Shown here piece after piece: positions 25,049-33,957 of a stretch of DNA of 64,000 bases. The translations under genes were made by a program, and so were the position numbers. The stretch is taken from NCBI GenBank assembly GCA_040390065.1, contig JAZJZE010000009.1:224001-288000 (forward strand), given 5' to 3'. The number at the start of each line of letters is the position of its first letter. The stretch's first letter is position 1. Source of the stretch: a bacterium (GTDB lineage: Archaea; Thermoplasmatota; E2; JACPAO01; JAHFTW01). The notes beneath the pieces are model-generated. The model was not told where the DNA came from and ran no database searches. It was given only the letters and a program-made list of their open reading frames with translations.

Positions 25049-27144
25049 GCCGAGCCGCGCCGCTGCCGCACTGCAAGGGCGACCAAGACGGCGACGAGGG
25101 CGGCGGCGCCGGCCATCATGGCAAGCGACGCCATCGTGAACTGCAACCCGTGGGCCCCCTGGAGTTGAGCCACCGGCGTGCCGGCGCACGGGTCGCACGC
25201 AGGCCGCGCGGCCGTTGCTGCACATGCGTCACCGACGCCGTCGCCGTTGGCATCCTTCTGGTCCGGGTTGGGCTTGAGCGGACAATCGTCGAGGAAGATG
25301 CCCACGTCGCCGGCCTGCGGCACGCCGTCGCCGTCGAGGTCGAGGTCGCAGGCGTCGCCCTGGTGGTCGCGGTCCATGTCGGTTTGGTCGCGGTTGGCGA
25401 TGCCGGGGCAATTGTCCACGGCGTCGTCCACCCAGTCGGCGTCGTCGTCGTGGATCGGCCGGGCGGCCGCCGCAGCGGTCGAGGTCGGGACGTCCGGTTC
25501 GTCCGGCTGGGCGTCGCAGGCATCGCCCAGACTATCGCGGTCGCGGTCGACCTGCTCATGGTTGGGGACGCTGGGGCAATTGTCGGCGATGTCCTCGATG
25601 CCGTCACGATCACTGTCCAAGGAATCGTCCATGTGGGAGGCCTCGGGCACGACGATGTTGAACCGTGTCGCGGCGAAGTTGTGCGCATCACGCACGGTGA
25701 CCGTCATGGTCCAGGTCCCGGTCTGCTTGACGAGCCAAATCCAGCAGTGGGTTTCCCAATCGAACTGGCCGCCCTCCGGCGCACCCTCGACCTGCCAGGA
25801 CAGCACGGGGGTGTCCGCGTCTGCCGCAGTGAAACAGATTTCCATGGTGTGATCGACGTGGCCGAGCCGGTCGCGCTCGTTCACGATGGTGGGCGGGCAG
25901 TCCGTGTCGGCGAACGCCTGGATGGTCTTGGTCATCGTCGACACTCCTTTTGCGGAGTCCTTGACGGTGAGCGTCACGTCGTACCAGCCGGTCACCGCGT
26001 AGGGGTGCGTGACGGCGGGCCCGGTGCCCCCGTTGCCATCACCGAAGTCCCAGTCCCACGACACGATGTCGCCGTCGGGGTCGGAGGCGGTGCTGGTGAA
26101 GTGCACGACGGGGTCCATGCAGGACTGGTCCGCCTGGTACTCGAATGACGCCACGGGAGGCTTGCCCGCCAGGTCGCCGCCGAAGGCCATGAAGAACGTG
26201 ACATCGAGGTTGGCCGCGCACGCCGCGGCGCAGAGGTGGGAGCGGTCGACGTTGAAGATGAGGGCCCCGATGGCCGCGAGGTCCGCCATGGCTGCCGGCC
26301 TGGTTGGGGCGGCGCCGTAGTACAGCGTGAAGGTGCGCGACGCCTTTGGGGCGAGGGTGCCGAAGTTGAAGTCCCACACCATGGCAGAGTCGGCCGGCCC
26401 TTGGTCGATAAGCGGAATGTTGGAGCCGGAGTTCGGGCCGCTGCCGAGGGAGACGAAGCCGTAGGTGGGGACCGGACACGTGGATGCCGAGGCGATGCGC
26501 GTCGCGACGATGGGGCTTGGCCCGAAGGATCCCGACGGGATGGTGTCGATTGTCTCCAGGGTCGAGTCGTCGTTGACGCCGGCCGAACCCCAGGACATGA
26601 CGCGGCGGTACAGCACGTTCGTGAGGGTGAAGGACGGGCTGTCGTTCTTCATCGTGATGTGGTCCTGGTACACGTCCGGGACCCCGGGGAACGGCTCGTA
26701 CTTCTGCGTCATGATGAGGTTGTTGATGACCACGACCGACTCGGCCGTCGTGGCGTCGCTCGTGAACGTGACGTCGGTTGGCGGGAAGGCCGAGACGCCG
26801 ACGCAGTTGTTCGTGTAGCCGGCCGTGTTCTTGTAGGCCGCAACGTTCTGGCCGGCGACGGTGACGCCCCAGCCCTCGCCTTCGAAGTCGCAGTCCATGC
26901 CCTCGTCGCCCGTCGGGTCGTAGTACACGCTCGTCACGGTGTTGGCGCAGTTCGTCGACTGCGGTCCACCTGGCTGCATGAGCTGGCCGGTCTTCTGTAC
27001 ACCGAGGTGGAGGTTGCCGCTGCCGATGACCGCCTGCCCGTCGGCCGGTTGGGTCAGTACGAGAAGGGCAACGGCACCGGCAAGGACGGCTGCCGCGCAC
27101 AGCAGGCCGACCGGCAGGGTCCGCGTCGATGACAGCAGCACCAC
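25045..27144 (-). CDS. Surface protein: unknown N-terminal domain + PKD + Ig-like + thrombospondin type-3 repeats + C-terminal TM anchor
   Basis: Signal peptide, SDPDGDIVSWDWDFGDG (PKD), DNCP...NxxQxDxDxDxxGDAC repeats, TM + RQRR. Confidence 0.85.
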   Translation of the reverse strand: MVLLSSTRTLPVGLLCAAAVLAGAVALLVLTQPADGQAVIGSGNLHLGVQKTGQLMQPGGPQSTNCANTVTSVYYDPTGDEGMDCDFEGEGWGVTVAGQNVAAYKNTAGYTNNCVGVSAFPPTDVTFTSDATTAESVVVINNLIMTQKYEPFPGVPDVYQDHITMKNDSPSFTLTNVLYRRVMSWGSAGVNDDSTLETIDTIPSGSFGPSPIVATRIASASTCPVPTYGFVSLGSGPNSGSNIPLIDQGPADSAMVWDFNFGTLAPKASRTFTLYYGAAPTRPAAMADLAAIGALIFNVDRSHLCAAACAANLDVTFFMAFGGDLAGKPPVASFEYQADQSCMDPVVHFTSTASDPDGDIVSWDWDFGDGNGGTGPAVTHPYAVTGWYDVTLTVKDSAKGVSTMTKTIQAFADTDCPPTIVNERDRLGHVDHTMEICFTAADADTPVLSWQVEGAPEGGQFDWETHCWIWLVKQTGTWTMTVTVRDAHNFAATRFNIVVPEASHMDDSLDSDRDGIEDIADNCPSVPNHEQVDRDRDSLGDACDAQPDEPDVPTSTAAAAARPIHDDDADWVDDAVDNCPGIANRDQTDMDRDHQGDACDLDLDGDGVPQAGDVGIFLDDCPLKPNPDQKDANGDGVGDACAATAARPACDPCAGTPVAQLQGAHGLQFTMASLAMMAGAAALVAVLVALAVRQRRGSA

Positions 27145-27190
27145 CGCGCGGCAATCAGACTGGACCTAAATGGTTCTTCTGGCCCTTCCC

Positions 27191-27703
27191 CTAAGGGGAG
27201 ACGCGCACGCCGAGCCGGGCGAGAAAGACGAGGAGGCCAAAGAGGAGCCAGAAGATGGCGCCGGAGCCGCCGAGGACGATTGCGGCCGTGTCCCAGCGCT
27301 TGGCCCAAGGGAAATCCAGGCGCTTGTAGTAGCGGTGATTCGACAGGAAGACCCACGCGCCGAGCGCGAAGACCACGAGCGACGAGCCGATGGCCCACGT
27401 CGGCGACACTCCAGAGCCCGTCGTGCAGGACGCCGCGGCGCCTTTCGGGCAGCCGGCAAGCAGGTACACCAAGGCGATGCTGGCCGCCATGAGGCTTGCG
27501 CCAAACCATTCGCCATACAGGAAGCCGCGCGCCGCCGTGTACTTCGCGACGGTCTCCTCGGTGACGGCCATGCCGGCGCGGGCCTTCTGAGCACGCACCT
27601 TGCGGGCCTTCGTCTCGGGGTGGTTGCGCGAACCGAAGCGCTGCAGCAGGCCCATCGGCTTTTCCGGCGTCTCCGGTTGCGGCGGGTGGTCGGCGGGCGG
27701 CAT
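27191..27703 (-). CDS. Hypothetical membrane protein (3 TM)
   Basis: Three hydrophobic segments and GC3 bias. The start may be MPPAD (27703) or the GTG at 27718. Confidence 0.65.
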   Translation of the reverse strand: MPPADHPPQPETPEKPMGLLQRFGSRNHPETKARKVRAQKARAGMAVTEETVAKYTAARGFLYGEWFGASLMAASIALVYLLAGCPKGAAASCTTGSGVSPTWAIGSSLVVFALGAWVFLSNHRYYKRLDFPWAKRWDTAAIVLGGSGAIFWLLFGLLVFLARLGVRVSP

Positions 27704-27784
27704 GGCCTCGTCGGGCACGGAGGCGGCCAGGAACGGGTTGTAGATGAAGGGTTGCGGGGGTGGCTGCGCAGGCGACGGCTCCCA

Positions 27785-27870
27785 ACTGAAACAGGAATCC
27801 ACAGAATCGACGGAAATCCGACAAACCAGGGTTCCGTGGATTCGGTGGATTCCGATGCCGGGGCGAGGGC
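27785..27870. repeat. Palindromic element copy A (22-bp arms, 16-bp spacer)
   Basis: ggaatccacagaatcgacggaa (27794-27815) and ttccgtggattcggtggattcc (27832-27853), 20/22 complementary. Confidence 0.85.
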
Positions 27871-28020
27871 CGGGCAGCGGCCCCACCGTGATGCCGGCTC
27901 ACGGGCCACTGGCAGAAGCGCTCGCCATTCCGTGGGGTTCCGTACGCTCCGTGGCTCGTCAGGGGGACGCGCGCGACTTGCCAGAAGGCAATCAGTTGCG
28001 GTGTCCGACGACGACGCCCG

Positions 28021-28107
28021 ACTGGAACAGGAATCCACGGAATCCACAGAAACCCAAGCAGTCGCGGTTCGGTGGATTCGGTGGATTCCAATGTCCGGGG
28101 CGGGGGC
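28021..28107. repeat. Palindromic element copy B (22-bp arms, 16-bp spacer), a direct repeat of copy A at 236-bp offset
   Basis: ggaatccacggaatccacagaa (28030-28051) and ttcggtggattcggtggattcc (28068-28089), with the same flanks actgRaacag and Ratg(t)ccggggcgRgggc. Confidence 0.85.
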
Positions 28108-28184
28108 TGCGCAGCCCGCCTAGATTATGCCCGAAAACGCCCAACCCGCGCAACAGTTGGCTGCTCAGCGGACTCAGTGGTTGG

Positions 28185-29621
28185 TCACGGATACGCGCGC
28201 GACGGTGTGCGCGGGTACGGTAGCATGTCCCGGATGTGTTCCTGGCCGGTGAACCAACGAAGCAGCCGCTCGATGCCGAGGCCGAAACCCGCGTGAGGGA
28301 CAGAACCGTAGCGGCGGAGATCGAAGTACCAGTCGTAAGGCCGCAGGTATGCTTGGTTCATGGCTTCGTCGTCGGCCATGATGGATGGCAAGCGCTCGTC
28401 GCTGTCCCGCCCAAAGGTTTTCGCAATCGCCAGCAACTCCTCCCCGAATTTGGTCCTGTCTTCCTTGTCCGGGCTGCTGGCCATCGCTCGCCACTGTGCG
28501 ATGAGCCGCGTCTTCATGCTCTCGATGTCCTCACTCCTCTGGCTTCCCCCGATAATCTCCCCGAACCCGTCCGGCGCCAGCATGTCCGAGCACAGCACGC
28601 GGTCTGTTCCCTTCTTCTCGGCCATGTAGAACGCCTTGATGTTCGCCGGCCAGTCGCTGACGAAAATCGGGCTCGTGCGGCCTTCCGTGAGCGCCTTCTC
28701 GTGGGGCACGCCGAAGTCGTCGCCGTGGTTGATCTGGAATCCTTGCCGTTTGAGTTCGGCGATGGCGTCGGCGTAGTCGAGGCGCTCGAACGGGGCCTTC
28801 ACGGCGAGGAGGCGGGCCGGGTCCTGCTTGAGGATCTTGAGGTCCGCCTCGCATTCGCGTGCGACCGTGTGCGCGAGGTGCGTCACCATCTTCTCCTGGA
28901 ACTTGCGGTTGTCCTCGGAGTCCCACCAGGCGTACTCGGCTTCGAGGTGGTGGAATTCCGTGAGGTGCTTCGTGGTGCGGCTCTTCTCAGCTCTGAAACT
29001 CGGGGTGATGCAGAACACCTTGGGGATGCCGAAGATGCAGCCCTCGAGGTACATCTGGGCGCTCTGCGAGAGGTACGCGGTCTGGCCGAAGTAGTCGAAG
29101 GTGAACAGCGTCGATCCGCCTTCGCATGCGTTGGTCGTGATGACGGACGGGTCCACCTCGACGAAGCCCTCGGCGTCGTAGAAGTCGCGGATGGCCTTGT
29201 AGAGGCGGCCCTTGATGCGCAGGATGGCGGAGAGTTCGGTGCTGCGCAGCCACAAGTGCCGCATGTCAAGCTCGAACTCGGTGCCCTGCTCGCCGCGCAG
29301 CGGGAAGTCTGCGGCCTTCTGGTGCAGCGTGAACTTGGTGGCCTTGACCTCGAAGCCGCCGGGGGCGCGCTCGTCGGCCACGACGGTGCCTTCCAGCAAT
29401 TCGACGGAGGATTCGATGAGGGCCGACTTGGCAGACTCGAGGCTGGCGTCGTCGGCGACACCCGTCTTGACGGTGCATTGCACGACGCCGCCGGAGCCGT
29501 CGCGCAGGACGATGAAGGCCATCTTGCCGGCGGAGCGCGAGCGGTGCACCCAGCCGCGCACCCGGACCATCTGGCCGGTCTTGCGCCCCGCCAAGATGTC
29601 GCTCACCGTATCGAAGGCCAC
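28185..29621 (-). CDS. asnS: Asparagine--tRNA ligase
   Basis: OB fold VRVRGWVHRSR...FIVLRDGSG, RHLWLRS, ACEGGSTLF, YLSQSAQMYLE, FRAEKSRTTKHLTEF, GEIIGGSQR, DLRRYGSVPHAGFGLGIER. GTG start inferred. Confidence 0.93.
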   Translation of the reverse strand: MAFDTVSDILAGRKTGQMVRVRGWVHRSRSAGKMAFIVLRDGSGGVVQCTVKTGVADDASLESAKSALIESSVELLEGTVVADERAPGGFEVKATKFTLHQKAADFPLRGEQGTEFELDMRHLWLRSTELSAILRIKGRLYKAIRDFYDAEGFVEVDPSVITTNACEGGSTLFTFDYFGQTAYLSQSAQMYLEGCIFGIPKVFCITPSFRAEKSRTTKHLTEFHHLEAEYAWWDSEDNRKFQEKMVTHLAHTVARECEADLKILKQDPARLLAVKAPFERLDYADAIAELKRQGFQINHGDDFGVPHEKALTEGRTSPIFVSDWPANIKAFYMAEKKGTDRVLCSDMLAPDGFGEIIGGSQRSEDIESMKTRLIAQWRAMASSPDKEDRTKFGEELLAIAKTFGRDSDERLPSIMADDEAMNQAYLRPYDWYFDLRRYGSVPHAGFGLGIERLLRWFTGQEHIRDMLPYPRTPSRAYP

Positions 29622-29667
29622 GGCGCGGCCACATGGCGGCCTGTCAAAAGGCTTGGCGCGAGGGGAT

Positions 29668-30084
29668 CTAGGCCGTCGTGTTGCCAGCGATGACTGGCGG
29701 CGACGGGGCGTCCGGGATGCGCGGGACCTCGGGGATGCGGGGGATCTCGGGCACGTGGACGCCTGGCGGGCAGTTGCCGGAGTGCTCGTGCACGGTCGCA
29801 TCGCCGCCGCCGCTGTGCGTCTCGATGCGTACGCTTTGTTGCGTGGAGTCGGACTGTTCGGTGCCGTCGGTGACGACGCGCGTCCCGTCGGGGCCGGACG
29901 AGCCTTCGGAATGATACGTGCCGTGGATGGTCGTCTCGGATTGCGTCTCGCCGACGGATTCGATGGTCTGGGGGCCCGTCGGCCCATGGCGCACGACGTC
30001 CGTCTCGCTGCACGACAACGGCGCACTTGCGCACCCCGCCACGGCGAACGCGACGAAGGCGGCCACCACGAGGACCTCTCGCAC
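29668..30084 (-). CDS. Small lipoprotein with Pro/Ile repeats
   Basis: Lipobox AVAGC and PEIPRIPEVPRIP repeats. Confidence 0.6.
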   Translation of the reverse strand: MREVLVVAAFVAFAVAGCASAPLSCSETDVVRHGPTGPQTIESVGETQSETTIHGTYHSEGSSGPDGTRVVTDGTEQSDSTQQSVRIETHSGGGDATVHEHSGNCPPGVHVPEIPRIPEVPRIPDAPSPPVIAGNTTA

Positions 30085-30168
30085 GGTGGTGCATGCGCCC
30101 GACTCGCCGTAAATCTATGCCTTCGACGCCGACGCCGCGGCCGCCCTGGTTAAATCGCTGGCCGCCGC

Positions 30169-31071
30169 ATGGGAAGCATGGAGGCCGCAACGCGCGGAAA
30201 GGCCGAAGCCGCGCTGCAAGCGCTGCGCCGCGGCTGGCCCTTTGGGGCATTGCTTGCCTTCGGCTTGGGGCTCACGGTCGTTGTCGGCGCGAATCTGTCC
30301 AACGCCCAGCCGTATGGGGCTCGGCCTTGGGGTTGGCCAGGGGCGGCGTCCTTCGAGAACGGCGTCGCCTACGTGCGGCCCGAACTCGTGCTGGCCGTGA
30401 CGTTGCCGTGCGTCGTCTGGGGGGCTCGCGCCCTGCGCCGGGTGCCGCCCGGACTTCGTCCCTTTGCCGCCACGGCGGGTGTCGACCTTGCCGTTCTAGG
30501 CTGCGCGACGGTCGTCGGCACTTTGCTTGGGGCGTGGGGCGCATCGTCGTCCCCGGCCGACGCCCTGTGGGCCTTCGCCGTGGCACACGGACTTCTTGGC
30601 GCAACGTTCTACTCGATCGGCCTGGTTGCCGCCGCAGCCACACGCCGCTGGTCGCTCGCGGCAGCCGCCACCGCCTGGGTCGGCTTCGTGGTGCTGCTCG
30701 ACGACGGGATCAAGTTGCAGCTGTTCCGTCAGGCGGGTTATGCCAACCTGGTCACCGGCCAGTTCCCATCCTGGTTCTACTTGTCCCAGGGGCTCTCGCC
30801 TGTCGCCGCCTACCGTGCGCTGCTGATTGTTTGGCGTCCCGGCTTCCGCGACGGCCTGGAACATTACGTGCTTGATCGTGCCCCGATGCCCGGCTGGGTC
30901 AGTCCGGGAAACTTCGCTGCCGCCATCGTGGCGCTCTGGATCGCCGTGCCCATCGCCTTGGCCGCCGCCATTTGGTGGTGGCGCAGTCGCCGGGACACGA
31001 CCGAAGTCGGGCTCGCCGCGGCCATGCAGGAGGCCCACCAGATGGGCGTTGTACTCGACGACGAGCCCTAG
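30169..31071 (+). CDS. ABC-2 type transporter permease-like membrane protein
   Basis: About 6 TM segments and the PSWFYLSQGLSPVAAYR motif typical of archaeal ABC-2/NosY-like permeases. Confidence 0.7.
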   Translation: MGSMEAATRGKAEAALQALRRGWPFGALLAFGLGLTVVVGANLSNAQPYGARPWGWPGAASFENGVAYVRPELVLAVTLPCVVWGARALRRVPPGLRPFAATAGVDLAVLGCATVVGTLLGAWGASSSPADALWAFAVAHGLLGATFYSIGLVAAAATRRWSLAAAATAWVGFVVLLDDGIKLQLFRQAGYANLVTGQFPSWFYLSQGLSPVAAYRALLIVWRPGFRDGLEHYVLDRAPMPGWVSPGNFAAAIVALWIAVPIALAAAIWWWRSRRDTTEVGLAAAMQEAHQMGVVLDDEP

Positions 31072-31721
31072 GGCCAGAGCCAAACGTCGCGGTGCGGATA
31101 GTGCACGGGCCATTCGTGGTCGGGCCGGCCGGCGGCCTCGTGCCAGGCGTCGAACCGTTTTTTCCACAACGCGTACTCGCGCGGCGGCGTCGGCAGGCGG
31201 CGGTGGCGGTTGGCGTTGAGTGCGTCCTCGACGGCCCACACGTTGCGCGACGACAGCCTCCACGGGGCACGCAACTCACGAAGGTCGAGGACACCGTAGC
31301 CCTTCACCCGGCCGGTCTGGTCGATGAAGGGAGCCATGTACGAGCGCACCAACGCGTCCAGCGTGCCGTACACGGGCCGTCGGCCATGCAGCCCCGGGCA
31401 ACGCGAACGGGCGACGGCGCCCCAGCGGCCTGCATCCCGGAAGAGGTAGATGACGTGGTCGAGGCGGTCGACGGACTCGATGTCCAGGATGACGGGCGGA
31501 TGGCCGTGCTGCTCGAGGATGGTCGCCGCCGACAAGGCCGCCTCGAGGCAATGGGCCGTACGGTGTCTGACGACGCCCCGCAAGGTCCGCGCCGTCTCGC
31601 CGCGACGCTCCCAGTTGTACGGCAAGCGGTTGAGCCAGTGCTGCACCGCGACCGGCGTGCGCAGGCGGCGGACCAGGGCACGCTCCCTCGGCGTGAAATT
31701 GGGGTCCGCGGGCGGCGTCAA
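31068..31721 (-). CDS. Transglutaminase-like conserved hypothetical protein
   Basis: LRTPVAVQHWLNRLPYN, AHCLEAALSAA, DHVIYLF, WGAVARS (Cys-His catalytic pattern). The start is approximate. Confidence 0.75.
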   Translation of the reverse strand: MTPPADPNFTPRERALVRRLRTPVAVQHWLNRLPYNWERRGETARTLRGVVRHRTAHCLEAALSAATILEQHGHPPVILDIESVDRLDHVIYLFRDAGRWGAVARSRCPGLHGRRPVYGTLDALVRSYMAPFIDQTGRVKGYGVLDLRELRAPWRLSSRNVWAVEDALNANRHRRLPTPPREYALWKKRFDAWHEAAGRPDHEWPVHYPHRDVWLWP

Positions 31722-31814
31722 CAGGCGGCAAGGGGCGGCCGGGACTTGGCGTCTTGGGTCACTTTCGCTTGCCTCTCGGCAAGGCCCAAACCTTTCCGGA
31801 GGTTGGTCGTTGCG

Positions 31815-31982
31815 ATGAGCCCCACCATCCTCGTGGCCTGCAACTCTTGTGGCGCGCGCTTTCCTGCCGAGACGCACGCCGGCCTCCTGCGCTGCACGCC
31901 TTGCGACGACCGACTCGCCTTCCGCTTGACCGGAACCGGGCCCCTGGTCACGCAGATTGTCGACGCGGAGGCCACCCTGTGA
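31815..31982 (+). CDS. Small zinc-ribbon protein (55 aa)
   Basis: CNSC...CTPC. Its stop overlaps the GTG start of the next gene (GTGA). Confidence 0.55.
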   Translation: MSPTILVACNSCGARFPAETHAGLLRCTPCDDRLAFRLTGTGPLVTQIVDAEATL

Positions 31983-32449
31983 AGTTCGCCGCCATTGTCT
32001 GCGCGCGCTGCCGCCGCGCCCGGACCGTCGAAACACGCCACGCAACGGCCTCCTGCCCACATTGCGGCGTCCCCGCCACCTTGGCTCAGCGCACGCCAAT
32101 CTGGACGGGCGACGACGTTGCCGGCGGCCAGGCAGCAATCCTCATGCACGCGGGGGGGACGGTGGCGGTCGCCCAGGCGGCTCGGCCGACGCGTGCCCGC
32201 GACCTGCCGCACGACTCGCCCACCATGGCCGCGGCAAGCAAGGCCACGGGAATCGTGAATCGCTCCGAAAAGGCCGAGGCAGTGACGCGCGCCCTGCTGG
32301 AGGATGGAACGGCCAGCCACATCGACCTCGTCCAGGCGATGCTGGAGGCCGGCCTGGACGGCGGCCGAGCCCAATCCGAGGTCGTACGCATGCTGGCGAC
32401 GGACTTCATCCTGGAGCCGCGGCCGGGGAGGTATCGCCTCGTCGGCTAG
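31979..32449 (+). CDS. Zn-ribbon + winged-helix archaeal protein (DUF1922/DUF5817-like)
   Basis: AIVCARC...SCPHCG at the N-terminus and ILEPRPGRYRLV wing at the C-terminus. Confidence 0.75.
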   Translation: MKFAAIVCARCRRARTVETRHATASCPHCGVPATLAQRTPIWTGDDVAGGQAAILMHAGGTVAVAQAARPTRARDLPHDSPTMAAASKATGIVNRSEKAEAVTRALLEDGTASHIDLVQAMLEAGLDGGRAQSEVVRMLATDFILEPRPGRYRLVG

Positions 32450-33219
32450 CTCGTCTTGCGCCGCTCGCGGCGACGTTCCTTTCGGATCATGTCGCGCACT
32501 TCGGGCGGCACGATGACCTGGAGAATGCGCTTGTCCGTGTAGACGAGGGCGAAGATTCCCCAGCCAAGGCTCGCCAGTGCCGGAATGACTTGGTCGCCCG
32601 GCCTGAGCCAGAACCACATCAGGGCAAGACCGGGGGCAATCCATAGGGAACCCGTGACGCTGCCCCGCCAGAGGCGGCCCTCGCCCACTTCCCGGCCAAT
32701 CCATGTTCCGGATGCCCCGCCGGCGAGGACGAGGCCGAAGGACACGAGAAGCAGCGACGCGTCGAGGATGAGCGCGGGCGTCTCCGTCACGACGCGGCCT
32801 CCATCGCTTACGATGTTGGCGGCGGCGAATTCCGTGGCCCACATAGCGCCAAACGCGAGGCCGAGAGCGGCCCCATAATACGCCGAGTCCTTGCGCATGC
32901 GGAACTTGCGGAAGCCGAGGACGCTCGTCTTGGCAAGCGTCTGGATCAGGCCGTATCCGAGCGCCGTGTAGGCGAAGGAATAGACGAGGGTCCCGGTCGT
33001 AAACGGCGGGCCCGTCCCTTGGATGACCTGCGGATACTCGAAGCCGAAGAGCCGGACCTCGAGAAAGCGCACGACGAGGGCCGCGAAGATGCCGGCCCCC
33101 ATGGCGAAGAACAGGCGGTTGTCCTCGAAGTAGCCCTCGTAGCGGCCGAGCATGAACCAGATAAGGGCGGCCGTGGGCAGGAAGATGCCGACGGCTGCGA
33201 CGAGGTCGGCGTAGGCCAC
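32446..33219 (-). CDS. Multi-pass membrane protein (PrsW-like topology, catalytic motifs not evident)
   Basis: About 7 TM segments, YYGAALGLAFGA, basic C-terminal tail. GTG start inferred. Confidence 0.7.
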   Translation of the reverse strand: MAYADLVAAVGIFLPTAALIWFMLGRYEGYFEDNRLFFAMGAGIFAALVVRFLEVRLFGFEYPQVIQGTGPPFTTGTLVYSFAYTALGYGLIQTLAKTSVLGFRKFRMRKDSAYYGAALGLAFGAMWATEFAAANIVSDGGRVVTETPALILDASLLLVSFGLVLAGGASGTWIGREVGEGRLWRGSVTGSLWIAPGLALMWFWLRPGDQVIPALASLGWGIFALVYTDKRILQVIVPPEVRDMIRKERRRERRKTS

Positions 33220-33252
33220 GGCGCCGCGACTCGGGCCTGCAACAAAGCCTTG

Positions 33253-33954
33253 ATGGCGGCGGCCCGGCTGCCTCGCATCGTGCAAGTACCGCGCATCGTC
33301 GTCAACGCCAAGGCCTACCCGCAAGCCACGGGCCCGGGGGTTGTCGGACTCGCCCGGGCATGTCAGGCCGCGGCCGTGCGCGCCGAGGCGACGCTGGCCC
33401 TTGCAGTCCCCGCCACGGAGATCCACCGAGTCGCCCGCTTGCGCCTGTCGCGGGTGCAGGTCTGGGGCCAGCACGTCGAGGCGACGCACCCCGGCGCTGC
33501 GACGGGGGCCATCAACGCCGAGATGCTGCAGGCCGCGGGTGCGAGGGCAACGCTGGTCAACCACGCCGAACGCAAGGTGGGCGGCGCCGTCCTGCGCGAC
33601 ACGATGGCGCGCCTGCATGTCCTCGGCTTCCCCGCCCTTGTCTGCGCCGATTCCATCGCGGAGGCCCGCTCCGTTGCACGCCTTCATCCGGCGGCGATCG
33701 CGATTGAGCCGCCGGAACTGATTGGGGGCGACGTCAGCGTCACTTCGGCGGACCCGGCCATCGTCGCCGACGCCGTCACCGCCGTCCATCGCATCGCCCC
33801 TCGCCTTCCGGTGCTCTGCGGTGCCGGCGTCAAGACCGGCGCCGACGTCGCGGCCGCCATCGCTCTCGGCGCGCACGGCGTCCTTCTGGCCTCGGGCGTC
33901 GTCAAGGCCGCCTCGCCCGCCCGCGCGCTTCGCGACCTGTTGTCCGGGTTGTAG
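33253..33954 (+). CDS. tpiA: Triose-phosphate isomerase, archaeal type
   Basis: VVNAKAY, GQHV, TLVNHAER, AIEPPELIG, LCGAGV, GVLLASGVVKA. Confidence 0.95.
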   Translation: MAAARLPRIVQVPRIVVNAKAYPQATGPGVVGLARACQAAAVRAEATLALAVPATEIHRVARLRLSRVQVWGQHVEATHPGAATGAINAEMLQAAGARATLVNHAERKVGGAVLRDTMARLHVLGFPALVCADSIAEARSVARLHPAAIAIEPPELIGGDVSVTSADPAIVADAVTAVHRIAPRLPVLCGAGVKTGADVAAAIALGAHGVLLASGVVKAASPARALRDLLSGL

Positions 33955-33957
33955 ACG

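Noticed and set aside
28015-28030. Archaeal ORB origin box (GTTCCAGT on the minus strand)
   Set aside because: Only half of the consensus is present, with no GAAAC/G-string, no AT-rich unwinding element and no cdc6/orc1 nearby.
27785-28107. CRISPR array
   Set aside because: There are only two units, each ~85 bp with a ~150-bp interval, and no cas genes in the window.
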